Positions 1-8,807 of a stretch of 55,961 bases of DNA are shown in pieces. The position numbers were made by a program, and so were the translations under genes. The notes below the pieces were generated by a model that was not told the DNA's origin, did not search any database, and worked only from the letters and a program-made list of their open reading frames with translations. Origin of the DNA: a virus (lineage: Duplodnaviria; Caudoviricetes); the IMG/VR virus record IMGVR_UViG_3300033814_000040, positions 1-55,961 of that record; one strand, 5' to 3'. How positions within the stretch are numbered: the first letter of the stretch is position 1; each line of letters opens with the position of its first letter.

Positions 1-330
1 CCCGATCCCCGCGAGTTTTCCTCCTCAACAGAAGTCGCCCATCATTGCGTCGAGAACAGCGGCTTTCAGCACAAGGACGTCGCCTTCCGGATGAAGATGT
101 CCACTCAACTTCTCACCATGAAACTCCATGGGAACACGGCAAACCTGACGGCCGACGAGTACGACCGGCTGGCAGATGTGCTCGGGGAAAAGGGGGCACT
201 CATGCGGAAATACCATGCGGCGAAATTGCTCCCGCAGGAGAATCGGCGGGAGCTTCTACTTGCGCGCTTGGAAGAGCAGCAGAAAGAAGTCGCCCGCGTC
301 CTCTCGGAACTGAAGGGCGGGAAGAAATGA
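1..330 (+). CDS. CII-like HTH transcriptional regulator, 5'-truncated by window edge
   Basis: Frame 1 is open from base 1 (PDPREFSSSTEVAHHCVENSGFQHKDVAFRMKMSTQLLTMKL...). It has an HTH-like segment and a C-terminal coiled coil, and sits at the start of the rightward early operon. Confidence 0.5.
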   Translation, partial: PDPREFSSSTEVAHHCVENSGFQHKDVAFRMKMSTQLLTMKLHGNTANLTADEYDRLADVLGEKGALMRKYHAAKLLPQENRRELLLARLEEQQKEVARVLSELKGGKK

Positions 331-737
331 CTTGCCCCTACCTCGATCATCCCTCGGCATGTATGCCTGAGAAAAACCTTCGCTATCGTCTGGTGCGCCC
401 GGGAGAAAGCATCGAGTGCGACTACTGCCCGGCTGCGCGAAAGAACGCATTGGCCGCACACGTGCCCGAAGCAGATAGGGAACCGATCATGGCGCATCGC
501 CGCCGCAACGACGGGTACACGCGGCACGGGCCCCCTTGCCCAACCTGCAAGAGACCAAGGCCGGCCCGGGGAAACGTGGACCCCGATCAACCCTGCATGG
601 ACTGTTGGCGGAAAGATCCTGCGTACCTCGAGAGCCGCCGTAAATACCAGAGGAAATATTGGCGGAAATATTGCCGGGACAGCGGTGAAATTTCCCGCAA
701 CGCCGCGATGGAAGCGGCGAAGAGGGTGCAGGAGTGA
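327..737 (+). CDS. Cys-rich hypothetical phage protein
   Basis: ATGA overlap with the upstream stop; several CxxC motifs (CDYC, CPTC, CMDC). Confidence 0.6.
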   Translation: MTCPYLDHPSACMPEKNLRYRLVRPGESIECDYCPAARKNALAAHVPEADREPIMAHRRRNDGYTRHGPPCPTCKRPRPARGNVDPDQPCMDCWRKDPAYLESRRKYQRKYWRKYCRDSGEISRNAAMEAAKRVQE

Positions 738-1327
738 AACGCTGTGACCTCATAAACCATCCGCGCGCCTGCGCCATCGCGATGACGAAATATCGGCGCA
801 AGGAATGCGATTTATGCGAGGCGGGGGAGAAGAACATGGCCGTGATGGAGCGGCCGCAGCCGGGAGACGCTCTCGCGGATGCGCCTCAAACGAAGTCGGA
901 AAACCGGAAGCCCATGGAGAAGGAGAAGGCCGAGATGACGACGAAGGAGAAGATCCTCGCGCGAGTCACGCGGGAGAAGGTGGTCGGCAAGAGCCGTTTC
1001 ATGCAGTACGACAGAATCCCGTCGGCAGAGCTCGTGAGCGCCGCCAAGGAGCTCGAGGCCGAGGGGAAGATCAAGATCTGGCCAGGGCGCCAGGCAAAGA
1101 GCTTCATTTTCACCCTTCCGGGTCTTCCGGATCCCTTGAAATCCATACGGAACACAACGCCATCGAAGGCAGACGGGGATCCACGCCCACCTGCCCTGCG
1201 CAAGCCAAAGGAGAAAGCGATCAAGACTGCCGCTGGGGACGGAGTGTTCGCCGCAGCCATCGCCGAACTTGAGGCCAAACGCCAGAACATCGACAACGCG
1301 ATCGCGGCGCTGAAGGCGCTCGCGTAG
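734..1327 (+). CDS. hypothetical protein, possible winged-helix domain
   Basis: GTGA overlap; ELVSAAKELEAEGKI segment is wHTH-like; C-terminal coiled coil. Confidence 0.55.
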   Translation: MKRCDLINHPRACAIAMTKYRRKECDLCEAGEKNMAVMERPQPGDALADAPQTKSENRKPMEKEKAEMTTKEKILARVTREKVVGKSRFMQYDRIPSAELVSAAKELEAEGKIKIWPGRQAKSFIFTLPGLPDPLKSIRNTTPSKADGDPRPPALRKPKEKAIKTAAGDGVFAAAIAELEAKRQNIDNAIAALKALA

Positions 1328-1334
1328 GGACGAC

Positions 1335-1571
1335 GTGAAGCTTCTCCGCGTCTTTCCCGACTCGCAGGATCGCTTCGCGCTGCCACCGGGATCCTACGGG
1401 AAGCATCCGGACGGGACCTGGTGGTTTCGTCCGCCAGGCGTCGGCCATTCCGGTCCTCTCGTCGAGCACACAATCACCGAACACGATGACGGAACGATCA
1501 CCGTCGATCCGTCGATCATGACGGACGATATTCACGGCTATTTGATCCGGGGGGAGTGGACGGCGTGCTGA
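1335..1571 (+). CDS. small conserved phage protein (DUF6527-like)
   Basis: Motif TITVDPSI...HGYLIRGEW. Confidence 0.55.
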   Translation: MKLLRVFPDSQDRFALPPGSYGKHPDGTWWFRPPGVGHSGPLVEHTITEHDDGTITVDPSIMTDDIHGYLIRGEWTAC

Positions 1572-1587
1572 ACAAGGAATCGCCAAT

Positions 1588-1728
1588 ATGACCTGGATCT
1601 ACCTCTACCTCTTGGCCGAGGACTGGGAAGAGAACCGGCGCCGATGGAAGGCGGCCGGCTGGAAACTCTGCGGCCCCATGTACCCGCTGGCCGGGTGGGA
1701 ATCGGTGATCGTGAGGAAGAGAGCATGA
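1588..1728 (+). CDS. small hypothetical protein (46 aa, not in ORF track)
   Basis: MTWIYLYLLAEDWEENRRRWKAAGWKLCGPMYPLAGWESVIVRKRA; AAGGA upstream; ATGA overlap with the next gene. Confidence 0.5.
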   Translation: MTWIYLYLLAEDWEENRRRWKAAGWKLCGPMYPLAGWESVIVRKRA

Positions 1729-2021
1729 AAAAACCCTTCCGTCCCACCATCGACCACTCCCTTCTATCCCCCTCGGGCCGAGTATCGAAGCGGGCCCGGG
1801 AAGAGGCCATGAAGCGTGAAGCGGAGATCCTATTCCCCCCTGGGTACTGGGCTGCGCCCGAGAAAACAACCGAGGGAATCGCCCAAGAGAATATCGACAG
1901 GCTGCTACGGGCCGCGCATAACCTCCGGGGCCTGGCCGCGCGGGGGATGTCGCCAAAAAAGCACCTTAAGGCGGCGGAGGAAATGGAAGCGGAAGCGGAT
2001 CTCATCAGGAGGAGGGGGTAG
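1725..2021 (+). CDS. hypothetical protein
   Basis: GAGG RBS and ATG at 1725; helical, charged protein. Confidence 0.55.
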   Translation: MKKPFRPTIDHSLLSPSGRVSKRAREEAMKREAEILFPPGYWAAPEKTTEGIAQENIDRLLRAAHNLRGLAARGMSPKKHLKAAEEMEAEADLIRRRG

Positions 2022-2060
2022 GTGTCCTACAAGATGATCCATGACGGAGCTGATGCCTAA

Positions 2061-2318
2061 ATGCCCAAACATTTCTTAAGGGAAACCTTCCCACAAAGGA
2101 CCAAGGCAGTGGTTTACGAAAAGCATCGCGGCCGATGCGCCGACTGTGGCCATGAGGGGCGTGACGGAAAATGGTCCCGTTCGGCAAAGGGAAAAAGGTT
2201 TTACCTTGGTGGGCTTGAAATACATCACCAAAAACCTATCTGTCTGGGCGGAACCAACGCCCCCGAGAATCTTGTTCTTCTTTGTGGAGATTGTCATGGG
2301 AAAAGGCATAAGCCATGA
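2061..2318 (+). CDS. HNH endonuclease
   Basis: CADC...LEIHHQKP..LGGTN..ENLVLLCGDCHGKRH. Confidence 0.85.
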   Translation: MPKHFLRETFPQRTKAVVYEKHRGRCADCGHEGRDGKWSRSAKGKRFYLGGLEIHHQKPICLGGTNAPENLVLLCGDCHGKRHKP

Positions 2319-2935
2319 AGTACATCAACCACATGACCTCATCCCACGACGATGAGAAACACCAGGCCGCGATGGACCGTGCTGGTCTTGAGGTATATGG
2401 GGCTTACTGGATAATTTGTGAGAAGATCGCCGCGCAAATCCGTCCCGAATGTGTAGCCACTTCTCTCCAATTCTCATGGAAGTCCTGGGGATCTAAGCTC
2501 CAAGTAGACCCCCGGGTAGCCCGTAGACTGATCAGAGTCATGGGAGAAGTTAAATTAGCTATTGTGAAGGAAACCGATAGCGGAGCAAGGGTGGATATCC
2601 CCAACCTATTGAAATATGGAGACGAATACACAAAGAAAGTATTAAGAAAGTCCGGACAAGCTCCGGACAATGTCCCGACAAACAACGGATCCCCGGCAGT
2701 ACCGGCAGTACCGGATAAACAAGATCTTAAACCCGGTCCTGTGGAAATTGTGGATAACTCTGCCAAAGACACCGGCGCAGACGCGCGTGGTGGATTGCTT
2801 GAGGCACCCCCACGCGCTGCGCCTGTCAAGGGGACGAGAAGGGCAAGAGCACCTGACCTCGAACCCGGACGGATGACCCCGGAAGAACTCATTGCGGCGG
2901 CAAGAATCACGGGAGAAAAACAGAAGGCAACCTGA
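2315..2935 (+). CDS. phage replication initiator (DUF4373/Lin1244-like N-terminal domain)
   Basis: N-terminal SSHDDEK...GLEVYGAYWIICEKIA motif; internal DNA repeats typical of lambda-O-like genes. Confidence 0.7.
   Translation: MKYINHMTSSHDDEKHQAAMDRAGLEVYGAYWIICEKIAAQIRPECVATSLQFSWKSWGSKLQVDPRVARRLIRVMGEVKLAIVKETDSGARVDIPNLLKYGDEYTKKVLRKSGQAPDNVPTNNGSPAVPAVPDKQDLKPGPVEIVDNSAKDTGADARGGLLEAPPRAAPVKGTRRARAPDLEPGRMTPEELIAAARITGEKQKAT
2651..2757. promoter_or_regulatory. putative replication origin: iterons plus DnaA boxes
   Basis: TCC(G/C)GACAA x3 at 11-bp period (2651, 2662, 2673); CCGGCAGTA x2 (2693, 2702); perfect DnaA box TGTGGATAA at 2749-2757 and a one-mismatch box at 2740-2748. Confidence 0.65.
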
Positions 2936-2974
2936 CCAACAGCACAAACCGCACTCTTAAAAAAGGAGGATCGC

Positions 2975-3196
2975 ATGGCACGAGTCAGAATGTTCGTCAG
3001 GGACGTATCGCTTCGAATCAAGCAGACCAAGGACGGAGTCGCCCAGTACGCCCGCATTGTCACGCACGTCGAGATCCCCAACGACGAGGTCTATGACGAG
3101 ATCGTTGACCTCGGCCGCAAGCAGAAAGGATCGTTCGTTGCGGAGCTTTCCGAGGAGCAGCCCGATCTGCCCCTGAAGGCTGGTATGTCCGGGTGA
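2975..3196 (+). CDS. hypothetical protein
   Basis: Strong AAGGAGG RBS. Confidence 0.65.
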   Translation: MARVRMFVRDVSLRIKQTKDGVAQYARIVTHVEIPNDEVYDEIVDLGRKQKGSFVAELSEEQPDLPLKAGMSG

Positions 3197-3588
3197 CCAG
3201 GTTCACCCGCTTGCCGTGGGCCCGGGAGGTTGATCACCGTGGCCGAATGACGAACCCGGAGACGGAGCACATCATGCGCCCCATCCGGGAGGTCTGCAAG
3301 AGGCTGCACCTTCCCTGCGAACGGAATGCCACGGGGAAGGCGCGTTCCCTCGGTGGCCCGAGCATCATCCATCTGCACTCGACCGGCTACTGGGATCTTG
3401 AGGTGTACGTTCCGGGCGCCGGCTGCTCGATCATGATCGAATGCAAGATGGCGGGGAAAGGGCTCTCTCCCGAACAGGCCGCGTGGGCGAATGTCTACCG
3501 CAGGTGCGGGAAGGAAATGATCGTGGCGGAAAGCGTCCATCAATTCCTCGAGGAACTTCAAGGCATCAGAACGAGGAGATCACGGTGA
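3193..3588 (+). CDS. VRR-NUC / PD-(D/E)xK nuclease (Holliday junction resolvase-like)
   Basis: GYWDL...IMIECK..GKGLSPEQAAW motif; start may be 3247. Confidence 0.75.
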   Translation: MTRFTRLPWAREVDHRGRMTNPETEHIMRPIREVCKRLHLPCERNATGKARSLGGPSIIHLHSTGYWDLEVYVPGAGCSIMIECKMAGKGLSPEQAAWANVYRRCGKEMIVAESVHQFLEELQGIRTRRSR

Positions 3589-3637
3589 GCGCGTTCGCCG
3601 TCGCCGTGTACCACCAGGACAAGGAGGGGGCGCCGCG

Positions 3638-3952
3638 ATGATGAGGATCGTGCTCGAAGTAGACCCGATGGCGATAATCCTAGGGGAGCAGACCGCGACG
3701 GGGCCGAAGAAGATGGCGGCCCGCACCCGGACTGCGTGTGCCGACGCGCTGCAACGCCTGGTGAAGGATGTCCGCGACGGGCGCATCGACGTGGTCAGCC
3801 TGGAGGGGAAGTCAAACCTCGTGGAAGGTCCGGGGATCGACGGGGCCCGGGAATACCGGCCTACGGGGCGGCACTACGTGACGATCGAGTTTATCAAGAA
3901 GACTGCGTCGCGGAAGTTGTGGGAGGGCCAGCGGAGAAAGGCGCCGCGATGA
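3638..3952 (+). CDS. hypothetical protein
   Basis: GGAGG RBS; coupled to neighbours. Confidence 0.55.
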   Translation: MMRIVLEVDPMAIILGEQTATGPKKMAARTRTACADALQRLVKDVRDGRIDVVSLEGKSNLVEGPGIDGAREYRPTGRHYVTIEFIKKTASRKLWEGQRRKAPR

Positions 3953-4185
3953 ACGACCACCCCTGCACCTGCAAAGAGTCGCGCTGGTTCCACGCCTTCG
4001 TTCCCTGCTGGCCCTTCTGCGCGATCTACTGCGCCGAGTGCCAGGAGGTCCAGGCGCTGTGGGGATCCGCGCTACAGCTCGTGTGGGACGCCGTGGTGTA
4101 CCCGCTGTGGGACGGGCGGGTGAAGATCACGAAGAGGGAAATGTCGCGCGGAGGCTATGTGCGGCCGCCGAGTCCGTGGCCGTGA
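3949..4185 (+). CDS. Cys/Trp-rich hypothetical protein
   Basis: ATGA overlap; MNDHPCTC...CAEC. Confidence 0.55.
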   Translation: MNDHPCTCKESRWFHAFVPCWPFCAIYCAECQEVQALWGSALQLVWDAVVYPLWDGRVKITKREMSRGGYVRPPSPWP

Positions 4186-4204
4186 TAAGCCGAAGGAGGG
4201 ACAA

Positions 4205-4420
4205 ATGGAACCCATAGTTGCTTGGGGAGTCGGCGTGTATGTGGGCAGCAAGATCACTGATTTGGTGAGCAGTCGTAACCGCGCAGGAATACATGGGCCA
4301 GTTATCGCTGGCTCACGGGAGCAATTAAGGGATCGTATCCGCGAGCAGCGGCGCTGCGGGTTGATCCCAGAAGGATATACGTTGCGTCCCGTACGTGTGC
4401 GGATAGAGGTGGAGGAATGA
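4205..4420 (+). CDS. hypothetical protein
   Basis: AAGGAGG RBS before ATG 4205. Confidence 0.55.
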   Translation: MEPIVAWGVGVYVGSKITDLVSSRNRAGIHGPVIAGSREQLRDRIREQRRCGLIPEGYTLRPVRVRIEVEE

Positions 4421-4662
4421 TCTTCTGCGAACGCTGCAAGACGTACCACGAGCCGGGAGGTCCGGAGCTGTGCGCTCCACCGTACCCGAGCGGCAACGAG
4501 AAGATGATCCGCGAGTGCACGTTGGCGATCATCGGCGCGATCGAACTGCACGCGCATTACTTTGCCATCCAGAAGGACGTCGTTGATTCGACGCTGCATG
4601 AAGACATCCACAAGGACTTCGACGAGATCAAGAAGCGATTGACCGACACGGGAACCGGCTGA
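4417..4662 (+). CDS. hypothetical protein
   Basis: GGAGG RBS, ATGA overlap. Confidence 0.55.
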   Translation: MIFCERCKTYHEPGGPELCAPPYPSGNEKMIRECTLAIIGAIELHAHYFAIQKDVVDSTLHEDIHKDFDEIKKRLTDTGTG

Positions 4663-5153
4663 TGCGAGCTATGGGTCAGTGGGGCGAGCCTTTTCATGAA
4701 GAGAATATCTACCATATCGGCGGCGGGAAGCGAATCCGCGTGAGGAAGACCTTCATCGACCACTTCTACACGTGCACGGAACCGTTTCACCCGATCTCGT
4801 CGAAATCGGTGGCGGACATGAGATTGCTCCTCGACGTGTGCGTCGACGGGGATGTCTCGCCAGAGAACGCAGCCGCAGTCAGGGAATGGATCCTGGGCGG
4901 GCTGAAAACAGAGATCCCGGAATTTCTGCGGATCGCATGTAACCTTGAACCGAAAGGAGAACGGATCATGGGAGAGAAGATCGAGTTGGGAAGCAAGGTG
5001 AAGGACAGCGTCACCGGAGCGGAAGGCACAGTGACGGTGCGGGCAGAATATTTTTCGGGAAGCGTGCCCCGAGTGTTGATCGAGGGCATGTCCGAAGGAA
5101 AGCCATTCGAGCTGTGGGTGGAGGAATCTCGCTGCATCGTTCAGGGGGAGTAA
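4662..5153 (+). CDS. hypothetical protein; C-terminal SH3-like phage domain with possible internal start at 4968
   Basis: TGATG overlap; AAAGGAG RBS precedes in-frame MGEKIELGSKVKDSVTGAEGTV. Confidence 0.55.
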   Translation: MRAMGQWGEPFHEENIYHIGGGKRIRVRKTFIDHFYTCTEPFHPISSKSVADMRLLLDVCVDGDVSPENAAAVREWILGGLKTEIPEFLRIACNLEPKGERIMGEKIELGSKVKDSVTGAEGTVTVRAEYFSGSVPRVLIEGMSEGKPFELWVEESRCIVQGE

Positions 5154-5169
5154 TGCCGCAGGGGATCGC

Positions 5170-5634
5170 GTGTTGACTTTACGCCAGCACGTCGCGAAGG
5201 CCATGGAGATCCTGTCGACGGACGGGGTGCGCTCCTCCACGCCGCGCAAGGGGATCATGGTTCCGCGGTCGAAGCGCAAAAGTGGGATGCGCAATCCGAA
5301 GCGGCCGCCGATGCGTACGGACGTCTGGGGCAAGCAGCGGGACTACGCGCTGTCGGTGATGATCCCGCTGGTGGCGGAAGACAGGACCGGATGGGTGGAG
5401 ATCTACGAGCGTGCCTCGAGGGAGGCGGCCAGTTCGATCTGGGAGCGGATCCCGGATCATCTAGTCTGCCCGGAATGCCTGTCCCGGGCGATGTACGTGA
5501 AGATCAACTTGAAGCCGCAGGTGTGCCGCACCTGCAAGGAGCGCAGGCGCCCTGTGACGTTGCGCGGGGTCGTGGCGTGGGATATCCGGCGGATCAAGCA
5601 ACGATTGAGGGAAGGGGACATTCAAGTTGCGTGA
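5170..5634 (+). CDS. C4 zinc-finger protein, possible late antiterminator (Q-position)
   Basis: CPEC...CRTC; lies at the end of the early operon just before a terminator and the late genes. Confidence 0.4.
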   Translation: MLTLRQHVAKAMEILSTDGVRSSTPRKGIMVPRSKRKSGMRNPKRPPMRTDVWGKQRDYALSVMIPLVAEDRTGWVEIYERASREAASSIWERIPDHLVCPECLSRAMYVKINLKPQVCRTCKERRRPVTLRGVVAWDIRRIKQRLREGDIQVA

Positions 5635-5646
5635 GGAAGAGGATTG

Positions 5647-5868
5647 ATGACTGACCAAGACCGATGGCTTTCCGGACGCAAGGACATCGCGGGTTATCTT
5701 AACGTGGCCGGGCGCACAGTGACGCGCCTGATCGCGAAGTACTCTGACTTCCCAGTTTCCTTCCTCGGACGCAGGATGATGGCCAAGCCGGAGGACATAG
5801 ACGCATGGGTCCGGAAGCACGCGGCCAAGCCGTGCGGGAAGTGCGGCGGTATGTTCATCGAAACCTAA
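5647..5868 (+). CDS. HTH DNA-binding protein (AlpA/excisionase-like), possible late regulator
   Basis: WLSGRKDIAGYLNVAGRTVTRL...FPV...IDAWV. Confidence 0.7.
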   Translation: MTDQDRWLSGRKDIAGYLNVAGRTVTRLIAKYSDFPVSFLGRRMMAKPEDIDAWVRKHAAKPCGKCGGMFIET

Positions 5869-5972
5869 GTGGACAAAGGAGGACATTTCCATAATATGTC
5901 CTCTTGTCATGGCCCCATGCTGGCCTTATAAGCGGATGTAGACTCATCGTTCTGTCCCCATCCCCTTTCGAG

Positions 5973-6006
5973 AAGCCCCGGCACGCCACCCGGGGCTTTT
6001 CTTTTT
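5973..6006 (+). terminator. intrinsic terminator at the early/late boundary
   Basis: AAGCCCCGG-loop-CCGGGGCTT followed by TTCTTTTT. Confidence 0.7.
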
Positions 6007-6016
6007 GGAGCCTCAA

Positions 6017-6223
6017 ATGCTCGTTCCCGCTGGTCACGCATGGCGTTCCTGCCCGCGGTTGAAAAGGGAGCGGACGTATCTCCGACGAAGGATCAGCCCG
6101 GCGCGGGAGAAGGAATTGGAGATACGAGAGTGCGATTGCTGTCCCGTGGGAACCAGCAGGGCGTACTCGCTGGCGATGCACCACCGGAAGCAGAACGCGA
6201 TGGCGATGGAGGTTCAAGCGTGA
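6017..6223 (+). CDS. small hypothetical protein
   Basis: GGAG RBS; GTGA overlap with the next gene. Confidence 0.45.
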   Translation: MLVPAGHAWRSCPRLKRERTYLRRRISPAREKELEIRECDCCPVGTSRAYSLAMHHRKQNAMAMEVQA

Positions 6224-6651
6224 GTGAGCACTTGGCATGGCACACGGAGCAACGCAGGATCCGAGATCTCGTTCCATTCGAGCACAACCCCCGGCACATG
6301 ACGGAGAAGCAAACGGCTGATCTCAAGCGGTCCCTTGAAAAGTTCAACCTGATGTCGATTCCCGTGGTCGACCTGGACGGCCGGATCGTATCGGGGCACC
6401 AGCGGTGCCGAATCCTGGTCGCCCTCGGCCGCGGGAACGAGACGATCGACATCCGGATTCCGAATCGGAAGCTCACCGAAGAGGAATACCTCGAGGCGAA
6501 CCTCCGCGAGAACAAGAACCTCGGGGAGTGGGATTTCGCGGAGCTCGCGAACATCGACGAGGCAATGCTCCTCGAGGTCGGCTTCGAGAAGGACGAGCTC
6601 AACACGATGTTCGATCTTGGGGGGGGTGGGGGGGGGGCTGACCGATCCTGA
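6220..6651 (+). CDS. ParB/Srx-like N-terminal half of a ParB-methyltransferase fusion (out of frame with the MTase half)
   Basis: LVPFEHNPR...SLEKFN...PVVD..GRIVSGHQR...NKNLGEWD; runs into a poly-G tract and stops 4 codons later. Confidence 0.8.
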   Translation: MSEHLAWHTEQRRIRDLVPFEHNPRHMTEKQTADLKRSLEKFNLMSIPVVDLDGRIVSGHQRCRILVALGRGNETIDIRIPNRKLTEEEYLEANLRENKNLGEWDFAELANIDEAMLLEVGFEKDELNTMFDLGGGGGGADRS

Positions 6652-7543
6652 CGATGTCCCGGAACCTCCCGACGATGCGATCACCCAGCCCGGGGACCTC
6701 TGGATCCTGGGCGAGCACCGGCTGCTATGCGGCGACAGCGGGAGTGCCGAGGACGTGGACCGGCTCCTTGCGGGGGCGAATATTCACCTGGTGAACACCG
6801 ACCCCCCATACAACGTCAAGGTCGAGCCTCGGAGCAACAACGCGATCGCCGCCGGGAACAGCTCGTTCACGAAGACGCATCACCAAAGCCTGGATCTCGC
6901 CCGTCATCCGGGGAAGGCCAAGCCCACCACCAGGAAGATGCGGCCCAAGGACCGGCAGTTGATGAACGACTTCGTCTCCGACGAGGAGTTCGGCCGTCTG
7001 CTCCGTGCCTGGTTCGGCAACATCTCCCGGGTCCTGGAGCCCGGGCGGGGTTTCTACATCTGGGGCGGGTACGCTAACTGCGGCAACTATCCGCCCGTGC
7101 TCAAGGAGTGCAAGCTCTACTTCTCCCAATCGATCATCTGGGTGAAGGAGCACCCGGTCTTAACCCGAAAGGACTTCATGGGAAATCACGAGTGGTGCTT
7201 TTACGGCTGGCGCGAGGGCGCGGCGCACCACTGGTACGGCCCCACCAATGCGGTCGACGTCTGGTCAGTGAAGAAGGTCAACCCCCAGAGCATGATCCAT
7301 CTGACCGAGAAGCCGGTGGAGCTGGCCGTCCGCGCGATGGAGTATTCCTCTCGCCGTGGCGAGAACGTCTTGGATCTGTTCGGGGGGAGCGGGTCGACCC
7401 TGATCGGGGCCGAGCAGACGGGACGCAAGAGCTTTCTCATGGAGCTTGATCCTCCATACTGCGACGTCATTGTCACCCGGTGGGAGAACTTCACGGGCAA
7501 GAAGGCGGAGCGGATCCCGTGGGCCCAGGCCGCAGAGGCGTAG
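6617..7543 (+). CDS. DNA N6-adenine/N4-cytosine methyltransferase (beta class), C-terminal half of the fusion
   Basis: GDLWILGEHRLLCGDS, catalytic TDPPY, SAM-binding VLDLFGGSGSTL; no independent RBS. Confidence 0.9.
   Translation: MGGVGGGLTDPDDVPEPPDDAITQPGDLWILGEHRLLCGDSGSAEDVDRLLAGANIHLVNTDPPYNVKVEPRSNNAIAAGNSSFTKTHHQSLDLARHPGKAKPTTRKMRPKDRQLMNDFVSDEEFGRLLRAWFGNISRVLEPGRGFYIWGGYANCGNYPPVLKECKLYFSQSIIWVKEHPVLTRKDFMGNHEWCFYGWREGAAHHWYGPTNAVDVWSVKKVNPQSMIHLTEKPVELAVRAMEYSSRRGENVLDLFGGSGSTLIGAEQTGRKSFLMELDPPYCDVIVTRWENFTGKKAERIPWAQAAEA
6619..6637 (+). repeat. G8-T-G10 homopolymer tract at the frameshift junction
   Basis: Sequence GGGGGGGG T GGGGGGGGGG read directly. Confidence 0.9.
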
Positions 7544-7660
7544 GAAGGGACGCTGGCCGTCGAGATCGTAGCCCACGGGCGAACGTGGGCCGCCCCGTGG
7601 CGGCCTTCGTACGGTAGGGGGGGAGGAAGAGGGGGGCAAGATTCGGCCCCCATTGCGAGG

Positions 7661-7843
7661 TTATCTGCGGGGGGAGAGGCCCCGGCGCCGGAGGTATTCA
7701 GATACCGGGAGCTCCCGGGCGGCGGCCAAGGCCTCGAGGCGCCGGCGCTCAATCTCAGTGACGCGGATCTCAATGCGGCCAGTGCGGCGTTCGTCCTCGG
7801 GAAGCACCGGACGACCGCGGGGACGCGATGTGGCGGTCTTCAT
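7661..7843 (-). CDS. ribbon-helix-helix DNA-binding protein (MobC-like)
   Basis: RGRP..., RIEIRVTEIERRRLEALAAARELPVSEYLRR. Confidence 0.7.
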   Translation of the reverse strand: MKTATSRPRGRPVLPEDERRTGRIEIRVTEIERRRLEALAAARELPVSEYLRRRGLSPRR

Positions 7844-8301
7844 ACCTGCCGTTCCATCTTCCAGGTCTTGGCGAGCATCACGGCGTGGTCCATCGCCCGG
7901 GCAAAGTTCTCGGCGTACGAGTCGAAATGGCCCACGCGGATCTCGTCGTGCGTCCCGTCGCTACCGCCGGTGCCCCACCGCACCTCGTGCTTGATCACCT
8001 TCTTGCCGGCTTTGTGTGATTCCCAGTAGTCCTCGGTCTCGTGGACCTCGACCGTGTCCGACCAGAACCCGCGCGGCCGGATGAAGGCCCGGCGCAGGCC
8101 GTTGTCCCGGGTCTCGATCCGCACCATGAACGCCCCGTGGTCCGTTCCACCCTTCTCGGGGGCAAGGTAGTGGGCGCACCGATAGCACATCCGTGCTCCG
8201 GCCATCGCCTCGGGGATCATCTCGGACTCTTTGGTTTCCGCCTGGCACACCGGACAGGTCACCTTCGGTTCGTCGTTCTTCTTGCGGGTCGTGGTCTTCA
8301 T
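7840..8301 (-). CDS. hypothetical protein with N-terminal Zn ribbon
   Basis: AAAGGAG RBS; CPVC...CYRC. Confidence 0.65.
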   Translation of the reverse strand: MKTTTRKKNDEPKVTCPVCQAETKESEMIPEAMAGARMCYRCAHYLAPEKGGTDHGAFMVRIETRDNGLRRAFIRPRGFWSDTVEVHETEDYWESHKAGKKVIKHEVRWGTGGSDGTHDEIRVGHFDSYAENFARAMDHAVMLAKTWKMERQV

Positions 8302-8353
8302 CTCGTTTCTCCTTTCTGGGGCCGGCGGTAACCGGGCCCCGGTTCGTGATGCG

Positions 8354-8590
8354 TTACCTGTTAACCCCGAGCTCCTTGCGGGCGGCATCGAACCCGACCC
8401 ACATCCCGCTGAGGCCGGCGCCCCGGCTGGCCAGCTCCTCGCGGGCGATCCGGTTGAGGTCGATCTCGCCCCGGGCGGCGGCGGCGAGGACCTTCGCGGA
8501 GGCGATCTGGATGAACCCGATCTCGTCTACGGTGAACCGGCCGCCCGTAGTGTACTGCTCGGTCTTTTCGATCTTCGCGGTCTTCTTCAT
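8354..8590 (-). CDS. small conserved phage protein
   Basis: AAAGGAGG RBS; LAAAARGEIDLNRIAREELASRG...G.WVGF. Confidence 0.7.
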   Translation of the reverse strand: MKKTAKIEKTEQYTTGGRFTVDEIGFIQIASAKVLAAAARGEIDLNRIAREELASRGAGLSGMWVGFDAARKELGVNR

Positions 8591-8621
8591 CGTCGTGTTC
8601 CTCCTTTGTCCGGTCTTGGGT

Positions 8622-8807
8622 TCAGCGGCTGTTGCGGCCGGCGTCGAATGCAGCACGCAATGCGCTCTTGATGCCCCAAACGCTCACCTCGTGAAAATCA
8701 AGACTGTCGGAGTTGCGGGTTTCGAGGGTATCGATGGAGAGGTGGTCCGCAGCAATCTTCCGGAGTGTTTGTTCGGTCTTCGCGGTCTTTGCGGTGGTCT
8801 TTTTCAT
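8622..8807 (-). CDS. DUF6900-like protein
   Basis: IDTLETRNSDSLDFHEVSVWGIKSALRAAFDAG; AAAAGGAG RBS. Confidence 0.75.
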   Translation of the reverse strand: MKKTTAKTAKTEQTLRKIAADHLSIDTLETRNSDSLDFHEVSVWGIKSALRAAFDAGRNSR

